Assembly (NCBI GenBank): GCA_044892525.1
Contig: CM097885.1
Location: forward strand, 18,912,001-18,976,000
Direction: 5' to 3'
Length of the DNA stretch: 64,000 nucleotides
DNA from: Schmidtea polychroa
Lineage: Eukaryota
Both the position numbers and the translations under genes were made by a program. Below, in pieces: positions 13,900 to 23,534 of the stretch. Numbering within the stretch: position 1 is the first letter of the stretch; every line of letters starts with the position of its first letter. The notes under the pieces were generated by a model. That model did not search any database, was not told the origin of the DNA, and worked only from the letters and a program-made list of their open reading frames with translations.

Positions 13900-14900
13900 A
13901 GTTAGTAACATAGGTTACACGTCACAATCTTTTCGCAGGTTGTCTAGATCGAAATCTTTCACTACAGTCCACCATGACAGCTAGACTGATGGCACTACTC
14001 ACAGTCATTGATACTTTGTTGGTGGCGGCTAATCGACTATCTTCCTCAACTTGCCTTAACTTTTTCCTTCTAGTACGTTCTGAACGATATAGCTGGTGCC
14101 TCTTATGGCGGATTATTTGATTATAACAATTACAAATTTTATGACCGATTACTGCCGGAGGCGCTGGGGAAACGGTGTCCTGCGGAACTGTTGTTACTGA
14201 CACATAACTAGTGCCCGTGATTATCACTTAGTCCCTAGGGTAAAAAGACTGTCAGTTCCCTTTACCCTTGACTGGCATTAGTCTCAAGTCTCCATAAATT
14301 TGTTTAAATTTGGTGATTTCATTTACAAATAATTTATTTTCTTTTTGTTCCTGACCGATTGATACATTGTATGAACTTGGAAGTGTTTTAGTACCTTCTG
14401 TGTCTCTTTTAAGCGATTATTTCTTTGTTTTTGATTGTCCCTATCATATGTAGAATTCTTGTGTGGGATTGTGAAATGTCCAAAATGTGTCGGCACCAAT
14501 AATTTTACCTCACTCCTCCACTCGAGCTGGGACACTCGATACCATCCTGCTACGGAAGTGCTGGTCAAAAATTCGCCTATCCTTCTCCCGTTTATGTTTT
14601 CCTCCTGCATTTTTTAAAATTATGTACAAAGTAAATAATTTATTGCATCACACATCTCTCATACTCATGCTGGGAGTTGTAAAGATTGATTTATCGTCTT
14701 CGCCCACTCAATTAATTTACTATTAATTATCGCATTCAAAGCACTAGGCCCTATATTTATAAAAGTTTCCCTGTACTCAACTGGCGTTCCACATACCTAA
14801 AGTAAACAGTTTCTTTTTAACATCAAAGTTATTCGAACTACCCAGGGTCATAGTTTTGTAACATCCTGGCGACACAAATTAAACGGACAAAACCCTTTGA
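13900..14900 (-). mobile_element. Possible degenerate retroelement relic
   Basis: GC-richer than flanks; fragment AGWYRV...VPTHFGHF loosely resembles Gypsy RT. Boundaries unclear. Confidence 0.25.
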
Positions 14901-16308
14901 AGTAACGTGCGTAAACAACATAATAATAGCGTAGAGTGTATAACACAAATAAATAGAATTTACCAGTTTGGTTGAAAATAGAACAGTTTCAAATGTGTAA
15001 TTTATCAGAGTAAATATTTTATTAAAATTTTCTAATGTATTAGAATAGATGTTTCCCTTAGAATGACCTCGAGCATTTGTATATTTTTAAGGTGATTATT
15101 GCACCAAGTTCTATAAAAACTCCTTTGAAAATTAAAATTTAATACTTTTGAGTCTTAGTCATTTGGTATAAGGACTTGAATAATGGGATTTAAAATTTTA
15201 TTCTATTGAATTCTTTATAAACGTCACAAAATAAAAATAATACTGCAGGTACCGTAAAATATTTTTCACGAATTTAAGACCCCAAAATACCTTAAAAACC
15301 ATTAAATTTATTGTGACGTAACGTCACGGACGTTAGACTAATTTTAATGAGTGAAATTATTACGTGAAAACGATTAACTACAAAAGAGCTTACCAAGTCA
15401 TCAGGATAATTAAATTTGATCTGCAGCGTCGTTGACCGTGTAAGATCAGTGTCACCCTTTCTAGTCTTTTTGCCTTCCATTATTTTCTTGTTGGCAGTTG
15501 GTGTGATATACTAATATTTAGGATATACTAAACGAATTGAATCTATCATGTCAGATTTCTGAATTATGACATGTTCAAATTTAAAAATTTTTTTAAAAAC
15601 TCGAAAATAAATTTCAGCCTCGAATTTCGGGACCTCTACTGAAGGCGTGTAATTTTAAAATGCTAAAAGAATTAAAATAGTTTTTAAAAGTGAAAAAACA
15701 ATTAGTTAAAATATTTCCAATTAGACAGCCTCATCAACTTCTTTTTTTTTATTTTCTGTTTTTTTTCTGCTATATTTAATCACTCACAAACACCAAACTA
15801 ATTTTATTAAGCTAATTTTTTGTATCTTGCAGAAAATTAATTAACGCTAAATTCTATCAAGATGTTTCAAATTAAATTCTTTGAGTAACTTTTGCGTTTT
15901 TGTAAAAATATTTTGATCCACCGTTACAATTGATGTCTTTTGTTTTCATCATGTAAGTAGTTTTGTCTGTATGTATATTGAAGAGCTCTGAAACTTTAGG
16001 TAGAAATTAAAAATAACGAGAAATTTGACGAAAAAATTTTAGTAAATTTATTAATGTAATTATGTTTAACATACTAATTATAATTGAAATCGTGTTTTTA
16101 TAAAAGAAAAATTTATGAATAATGTATATACGGCATATATAGTTGTTATTATTATATTATAAATTACCAAAATAAAAAATGGATGTGTTTAAATAAAGTA
16201 AAAAAGTACTTATTTTTAATTAAACATTTTCCTAGAAGGCTTGTTATTTTAGTATTGCATAACAATATAATTACATAAATTTACAACAAAATTGACTATC
16301 ATTTAGTA

Positions 16309-16663
16309 CAGTGGTTCCCAACCTGGGGGCGATTTCCCCAAGTGGGTGAATTTGATTATTTGGGAGGCGATAAATACATGGGGGCGATGGGTATTCAAAT
16401 GGTATTAATTTTTTGTTCTTAAAAAATCTGTAAAGGAATGTAGATTTTAACCTTTTTCTATTTTATTTAAGAGTTACCGGATAAAACCGGCTTGGTTGTT
16501 TTTTATACGGTAATAAAATTGTTTAAAATAATAAAACTATATTATTATTTACACTTTACTTGAAATTAAAATAATGGCATTCAATGAAAATGAAATGGGA
16601 AGCGATGGGTAACAGTAAGCTTCCAGAAAAGGTCGATGAGCCAAAAAAGGTTGAGAACCACTG
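16309..16663. mobile_element. hAT-family MITE
   Basis: TIRs CAGTGGTTCcCAACCT / AGGTTGaGAACCACTG with perfect 8-bp TSD ATTTAGTA. Confidence 0.92.
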
Positions 16664-17359
16664 ATTTAGTATCTTGAGTATCATACAAAAATGCTGATTT
16701 GAAACTCTTCTTAATAGTAAATTTTACTTCCATGAATTAGACATTTACATTGGAATTAAATCATTCAAAAGTATTCTAATTCCACCAAATTTAGTTTTTT
16801 CGTACTGATTCCATAGAAACCATTAAGAAGTTAATATCCTAAGATAAGATTATACTTCTTTAAACCAAAATGCATCAACTGTTTGAAGCAATCCAATAAG
16901 ACCCCTTGTTTATATTTAGATCTTTATGATGTATTTACTTATTCTAATTCTATAATTAATAAAGTATATCACAATATTTTAATAATTAGAATTAAACTTA
17001 TTAAAATAAAACTTTGCTAGAGCAGCTGACTGTGAAAGCGAGCATCGAGGATAAAAACTCTTGTTCTGAATATGATATTTCTTTCTAACTACAAAGTCCA
17101 TTTACAATCACGCTCTCATGTCGATCAGCTGTTGTGCTTCTCTTTAATCTTCTTCAAATCATGGACCGTTCCATGATCTTCCGCCTGCAACTGCTCGTAC
17201 TACTCGATCCTTTGGTTCAGTTTCTTAACATAATCAGGACGGAACCAAGTCAATTACATTCGCTTACATCTTCACACCAGCTCTTCCGCTCTAGGAGATT
17301 GTTTGATCGCTGTGGCCGTGAACCGATCTACGTCTATCTGTAATTAATAATTAAATGAT

Positions 17360-18811
17360 AGTAGGTAGTTATGTGCACTCTAGATCCAGATACCCCCCCT
17401 GTTTTTTTTAAAAATTTTTTTTAAAAGACCCCCCATAATTTTTTTTTAAAGACCCCCCTTTTTTTTAATTTTATTTTTTTGTTTTAATCATCGATTACGT
17501 AATAATTTTATTTTTTGTTTTAATCATCGATTACATAAAATTTTTGTTTTAATTATTGATTACGTAATATTTTAATTTGTTTTAATTACCGATTATGTAA
17601 CAATTTAAAAAATTTTTAAAACGTTGATTACGTCATTGATTTTAATTTTTTATAAGAATTTCTTATGTCATTATACTTGAAATTTAATTCTCTGTTAAAT
17701 GAGACTATGATGTAATCAAAATTCTGAAATTTCATTTTTAGTACACCATTTTTTAAATTTACACATCTTTTTAAACAAATTGAGATATGTTCACTCAAAC
17801 AATATATAGATAGAATTTTAATCTCTATAAAATGACATCATTATTTACTTCAAATTCATAATCATAACACCTTAAATAATGTATTTTTCAGCCAACTTTT
17901 ACATACACACATATTTTCAACTTTTAAAAAATACAAATTATTCATCTATACTTAACTCATAGTAAATAATTATATTAAAAGACATATTAAAAGATGTATT
18001 AAAAACTAAACATTTATTAAAATCCCAGAGAAATTCGAGCACTATCTAATTTCCAAATCGGTGATATGACATCTTTCTCATCCATTTTATATCCCTGTAT
18101 TGAAATATTTACAAACCAGCTTTCCCCATCTTTATATTCAATTTCTTCAAAGGCATCATGAAAACGAGAATTTTGATTGTTGATGATTATATTTCCATTG
18201 CAACTTAGATTCTTATTGATTTTCCCCAACACTTTATTTACTGCAACAACATCTTCTTTTGTTATATGAGCAATGAAACTTGAATATTGCGACTTGATCA
18301 ATTTGACTGCATTTGAGAATTTATATGGAATTTCGTCTACCAAGAAATATATCTTATGGTTATGATACATTTGTACTGGTTTCACATCATTCTTGGCATG
18401 CTTCGTCTCAGTTTTTTTCTTAATTGGGCTTGTTTCTTTCAATAAATTAGAAAATGTTTTCTCACCAAAAACGTTCTTCTTGGATTGCATTTTTTAAAAA
18501 TAATGACTATGATGTCATTTTATCTCTCTTTTATACTTGTGTATAACCAATCAAATTAATGCATTTGTATTGCAAACAACATGCATGTGTCATTGACCTT
18601 CGTGTGTGACCTTTGTATGTGACCTTTACCTTTGTGACCTTTGTATGTGAGTCATACATGGTTTGCATATGTATTGCAGATGTATTGCAAATTAGTTAAT
18701 TAAAACGTGTACTAATTAGTGTGATATTAAAAATATTATACTAATACATGTAACATAAAAATACTATAACAACATAAAAATAGTGTACTATCACCAGTAA
18801 CAATATAAAAT
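17360..18811. repeat. Left terminal inverted repeat of the Maverick (~1.45 kb)
   Basis: Near-identical reverse complement of ~35240-36660. Confidence 0.95.
18017..18490 (-). CDS. 157-aa protein encoded within left TIR (unknown; possibly OB-fold SSB-like)
   Basis: Intact ORF duplicated at 35561-36034 with 3 aa differences. Confidence 0.75.
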   Translation of the reverse strand: MQSKKNVFGEKTFSNLLKETSPIKKKTETKHAKNDVKPVQMYHNHKIYFLVDEIPYKFSNAVKLIKSQYSSFIAHITKEDVVAVNKVLGKINKNLSCNGNIIINNQNSRFHDAFEEIEYKDGESWFVNISIQGYKMDEKDVISPIWKLDSARISLGF

Positions 18812-18844
18812 TAAAAACACAGTATTATAATAACTAAACATTTA

Positions 18845-19030
18845 TTAGTGATCTACAATTAATGAAAAGTGAGCTTTTCTCAACTCTTTTCTTAATATCC
18901 ATATATTATACTTCTTCTCTCTATCAATACATCCTTCGCATTTGTATGGGCATACTGATGGCTTGCTGCTGTCAACAGGGTCAAGATCGTCTTCTAACGT
19001 CCTCAAGTGATCAAACAAGACCACATTCAA
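18845..19030 (-). CDS. Small Maverick ORF with CxxxCxxC motif
   Basis: CPYKCEGC; packed head-to-tail with neighbours and followed by AATAAA on the minus strand. Confidence 0.35.
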   Translation of the reverse strand: MNVVLFDHLRTLEDDLDPVDSSKPSVCPYKCEGCIDREKKYNIWILRKELRKAHFSLIVDH

Positions 19031-19323
19031 ATCTATTCAGGTAGACATCCATATTCTGAATGGAATAATCTCTTGTGCCCAATAGATTAGATCCTTTAAA
19101 ATATTCGGATATAATTCCCCCATTTTCCCAATCAGAATCTGTATCATTTTTTCTAAAACATTTAAAATTATAAATATAAAAAGCAATAATCAAAATATAC
19201 CATTTACAGTTAAATTTGACATTCTCAACTAGTACTAAATAAATGATTAAACTGTTATTGTATATATACTTATTTCGATACACACCATCAACCATTTGGA
19301 TTCATGCATGGACGATTGTAACT

Positions 19324-20289
19324 TTAGTTTAGGAAAAATTTTAAAAATTCCATGTCATCAATTACTGATTTAATATCTTTAATAATTTTATAAACAAGTA
19401 AATGGTAATCCAATGTCTTTATACCGAGTATAACTACTTTACCACTATTGAATATGTTAACACACATTGGATTGTATTTTATATATCTTAATGCCGGAAA
19501 TATTTCTGGTTCGTAAATACATTTAATATACTTTGATAAATCATTTAAAATAACATTTGATTCAATATCAGCAGTAACTGTAATCGATTGAATTTGTAAA
19601 TCCTTGATTTCATATTTTAAATCTTCAACTTTGATCGATTTTTTACATCCCATTATTCGACATTTACCTGACTTGAAAAATATTATTGTATGTTTACCGC
19701 TTCTGTCAACAATTTGTTGATATATTTCATGTCAGAAAATGCTCGTTCACAAATATATGTACTATCAAACATAGAAATTAATTTTAAGCCCAAATCGCGC
19801 AATTTTGGATATTTGTCGTTTGGAAACATTTTGAATAAATTTACCCCTGTCTCCAGCCTTGATTTAAAAAATTCGTTAGCTTGCAATTCACATAATTCCA
19901 TTATATATTTAATATCGGTTTCTTCAACGTCGATGGTAGTCGGATTATTAAATAATTTTAGTTCTGGTTTAATTGCAAGTTCATTACAACACTCGAAGTG
20001 CACCAAATTGTTGTTAATCAAACGTAACTTATTGCGGAATCCGATGATATGGCTTACCAGATGACTTATGTTTTGGTCTTTGCCTTGCAAGTTTTTGTTC
20101 AAAACATTCAAATATTCGGTAATATCTGCTAAAAATGCTAATGAAATTAAAAATTATTCGACATTTACCTGACTTGAAAAATATTATTGTATGTTTACCG
20201 CTTCTGTCAACAATTTGTTGTGGTTTACCTTTTGGAAATTCCATATGAGATACATCAAATCTACCTTTATAATTTATATTACTAATCAT
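19324..20289 (-). pseudogene. TATA-binding-protein-like gene (154 aa when restored), interrupted by an insertion
   Basis: N-half TIIFFKSGKCRIMGCK and C-half YEPEIFPALRY...VNIFNSGKVVILG match the two TBP repeats (YEPELFPGLIY...LIFVSGKVVLTG). Removing 501 bp restores one ORF. Confidence 0.8.
19720..20152 (-). mobile_element. Fragment of hAT (Charlie/GTF2IRD2-like) transposase inserted in the TBP-like gene
   Basis: LNKNLQGK..., KYPKLRDLGLKLISMFDSTYICERAFSDMK (hAT dimerisation motif); flanked by a 68-bp direct duplication 19652-19719 / 20153-20220. Confidence 0.85.
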
Positions 20290-20374
20290 ATTTTTTCAAA
20301 TAATTTTTCATCAAGTAAACTGATGAATTAAAACAAATATAAACAATATTAATATATATAACTAATTTTTTAAA

Positions 20375-20998
20375 ATGGAATTAAGAAATGATGCTGTTTA
20401 TCAAATTGTAGGTCCAAGCGGTAGCGGTAAAACTTTATTTGTTTGTAAATTATTACAATCAAAAATGTTCAAGTCAAAATTCAATAAAATTTATTGGCAT
20501 AGGGGTGCTGATGACGAACATGGTTTGACGCAAGAACAATTCTGTAAATTAAAAATGACAATAATAAAAGGATTTGATAAAAACTGGTCATCTAGATTAC
20601 AACAGGGTGATGTAATTATTATTGATGATTTATATCAAGAAGCTAACAAAGAAAAAGATTTTAATAATTTATTTACAAAAATATCTCGACATCAAGGTGT
20701 AACAGTTATTTTTATAACACAAAATCTGTTTCATCAGGGCGGGAGTCATCGAACTCGGAACTTGAATGTTCAATATCTTGTTATTTTCAAAAATCCGAGG
20801 GATGCAACTGTTATTGATTTCATTGCAGGACAAGCATATCCAAACAATCGTAACTTTCTAATTGAATCATTTCAAGATGCAACCAAAATACCCCATGGAT
20901 ATTTATTCTTTGATTTTACTCAGCAATGCATGGATGATGTACGTATTAGGACAGATATTTTTAATAAAGATGGTGTAACAGTTTATAAACAAAATTAA
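20375..20998 (+). CDS. Maverick DNA-packaging ATPase (A32/FtsK-like)
   Basis: Walker A GPSGSGKT, Walker B IIIDD, SRHQGVTVIFITQNLF, FKNPRD, PHGYLFFD. Confidence 0.93.
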   Translation: MELRNDAVYQIVGPSGSGKTLFVCKLLQSKMFKSKFNKIYWHRGADDEHGLTQEQFCKLKMTIIKGFDKNWSSRLQQGDVIIIDDLYQEANKEKDFNNLFTKISRHQGVTVIFITQNLFHQGGSHRTRNLNVQYLVIFKNPRDATVIDFIAGQAYPNNRNFLIESFQDATKIPHGYLFFDFTQQCMDDVRIRTDIFNKDGVTVYKQN

Positions 20999-21022
20999 AT
21001 TATGAATCTATTATAATAAAAA

Positions 21023-21199
21023 ATGGGGTTCAAGAAAGTTTTAATTAAACATGATAATCAATTAGTCAAAGTGAATAATGTCAAGAAACGTGTAAAGAAA
21101 CATGTAAAGAATTCTATAAAAAAGATAGTAAAGAATTCTGTAAAGAAAACGTTGAAGAAAAGATCAATCAAAACACCTAAAAAATGGATTAAATTATAA
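21023..21199 (+). CDS. 58-aa lysine-rich peptide (possible DNA-condensing core protein)
   Basis: MGFKKVLIK...VKKRVKKHVKNSIKKIVKNSVKKTLKKRSIKTPKKWIKL; fills the gap between two viral genes; below the ORF-track cut-off. Confidence 0.55.
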   Translation: MGFKKVLIKHDNQLVKVNNVKKRVKKHVKNSIKKIVKNSVKKTLKKRSIKTPKKWIKL

Positions 21200-21232
21200 A
21201 CAAAGTTAAACGATAAAAAATAAATTTCAATA

Positions 21233-21565
21233 ATGAAATTACAACGTAGTATACCATATTTTAATGCATTGATAAAAGCACCACTCATGAAAAGAACAAG
21301 TATTTTACAGTCATTCCCACAATTTGTTGTGGACGATTTGCTTGAAATTATTGTTAATGTTGTGCGTGGCAATGTTGACATTAGTAAAGCGAAAAAACCT
21401 GTATTGCAAAACCATAAAAAATCACTTTTATCTTTAGTAAATATAAAAAATAAACGTATAATGCGAAAAATTATGTACAAACAGAAAGGGGGGTTTATAT
21501 CAACTTTGATACCAATCGCATTATCTTTATTAGGTGGATCTGGTTTATTAGGTGAGCCTTCATAA
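21233..21565 (+). CDS. Maverick small core-like protein with GG|F hydrophobic tail
   Basis: C-terminal QKGGFISTLIPIALSLLGG resembles adenoviral-protease-cleaved pX-like tails seen in Polintons. Confidence 0.7.
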   Translation: MKLQRSIPYFNALIKAPLMKRTSILQSFPQFVVDDLLEIIVNVVRGNVDISKAKKPVLQNHKKSLLSLVNIKNKRIMRKIMYKQKGGFISTLIPIALSLLGGSGLLGEPS

Positions 21566-21663
21566 ACGTTAAATTATTTTAATATCATCATCATAAACAA
21601 TGGGTCAATTACCTATGGGACATTTACCAAACCTTATTCTAAATTTTAAATCATCGTGTTGTA

Positions 21664-22683
21664 ATGGAGAAGATATGGACAAACCCAAAAGATCCAGCCG
21701 GTTTCGGTGGAGTCGAAAAGTTAAAGAAAAAAGTACCCAAATCAAAAAAGGAGACTCAAAAATGGTTGTCAAGTCAACTGGCATACAGTTTAAACAAGCC
21801 AATGTTGAAACGGTTTCCCACAAGAGCATATAAAACATATGGTATTAATGATTTATGGCAAATGGACTTAATGGAAATAATTCCATTTTCTAAAATTAAT
21901 AAGGGTTACAAATATATTTTGACATGTATTGATGTCTTTAGTAGATTTGCTCGAGCTATACCATTGAAAACCAAATCTGCTAGTGAAATGGCTGTTGCAA
22001 TAAAAACAATGTTTAAAAACGGTAAACCAGATAATTTACAAACTGATTTGGGTAAAGAATTTTATAATAGCAAAGTTAAAGAAAATCTAAAGGGAATAAA
22101 TCATTACTCTGTTTTTTCACAATTCAAAGCTGCTCATGTGGAAAGGTTTAATAGAACATTAAGAGATCGATTGAAAAAATATTTTGTACATCAAGGTAAC
22201 AAAACCTGGATAAATGTTTTACCGAAAATAATTCATAGTTACAATCATTCCGAACATGGAGGTCTAAATGGTATGAGACAGATTGATGTAACATCTAAAA
22301 ATAGTATGAAAATATTATTATCACAGCAAGATGTAACAAAAATTAAGAAACCTAAATATAAAGTTGGTGATCATGTTAGAATAAGTAAAATATCGGCTTC
22401 ACCATTCATTAAAAATTTTGACAACAACTGGAGTGACGAAGTCTTTCAAATATCGAAGATTAATACGAAACAGACTCCCGTTATGTATGTTATTAAAGAT
22501 ATTGATAATAATGAAATCCAGGGTAAATTTTACGAACAGGAACTGCAAGTTATTCCGACACCATCTGTCTTTAGAATTGAAAAAATTCTTAAATCAAAAT
22601 ATAAAGGTAAGGATAAACAATAATACGTCAAATGGCATGGATATCAAAACCCAACTTGGATATCAGCATCTCAAATTGAATGA
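21664..22683 (+). pseudogene. Maverick retroviral-type integrase with C-terminal chromodomain (premature TAA at 22621)
   Basis: WQMDL, CIDVFSRFA, LQTDLGKEF, VERFNRTL, GKFYEQEL; frame continues after the stop as YVKWHGYQNPTWI. Confidence 0.92.
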
Positions 22684-22719
22684 ATAGAAACAGTTTTTTC
22701 ACTATTTTACCAAGCAATA
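22680..22719 (+). pseudogene. First 13 codons of probable minor capsid (penton) gene, cut by LTR insertion
   Basis: MNRNSFFTILPSN matches the FxxxLPSN N-terminus typical of Polinton minor capsid proteins and follows the integrase. Confidence 0.6.
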
Positions 22720-23534
22720 TGTTCATTTTTAAAGTCAATATCGCGAACAATGATTTTATTTTTGGATAACAATTTGTCCAGGTCTATAATCGAAGATACC
22801 GCCATCATTGAACATCCTAATGGCCGCCTTGGTGCCGATTGGGAATGGAATTGAGCCATATCCGCCATAGAACGCCATATCCTGTCGCAAGGCATTTCAT
22901 ATCCATGTTTATATCTAAATCGAGCTGCTTCCATTTGTGCACGACATACTTGAGATCGACAATCAGGGATCATACCAATCATAACGCCTCCAGTACTTTC
23001 AGTAATATTAAACAATCTCGTAGCTGAACTCATCTCAATCATTTTATCGGGAACTTTTCCTTTCGCATATACAACAATAATTCCATCTAAATCAATAGTT
23101 CTGATTTTAAAGTCAACTCCAATTGTGCTTCTGCATTGTTCAGTATAAGTATCATCTTCCAATTCGGGATTCATTTGATTATTGGCAACGTCCGGTTTCG
23201 AAACAAATTGTTAATTCCAATTATAATCACAAAAAACTTCTAGAACCAAATAACGAAACTTCTCCCAGTAAAACAATTTCACCAAAAAATTTTTAATTCC
23301 ACTAAAATCCTTTTAAAGCAATTAATCCAGCAAAATCAATTTAATTTACCAACCATTAATTTCTCTCGCGTTTGCGTGCGCACACCCACAAGAATCGGTC
23401 TAACCAGACCGCGCACACAGACGTGAACACAAAAAGCCAAACAACACCCACAACTATATGCGTCTGTGTGCGCCCACAGCCAACAACACAAGGATAGTAA
23501 AAGGCGCACACAGACCCGAACATCGAATTAAACA
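22720..23534 (-). repeat. 3' LTR of element 1 (815 bp) containing Rab1/PSMA6 chimeric ORF
   Basis: 22720-23291 matches 29407-29978; I saw one substitution (23032/29719). ORF starts at 23174. Confidence 0.93.

Noticed and set aside
16690..17345. Host gene interrupted by the Maverick, or decayed ACBP paralogue (LIGLLQTVDAFWFKE on minus strand)
   Set aside because: Stops in all frames and only a ~15-aa resemblance; cannot be supported.
17480..17640. CRISPR-like repeat array
   Set aside because: Degenerate tandem units without unique spacers, eukaryotic context, no cas genes.
22707..23174. Functional host Rab1 or PSMA6 gene
   Set aside because: Both are partial, Rab1 lacks its P-loop, and they lie within LTRs.
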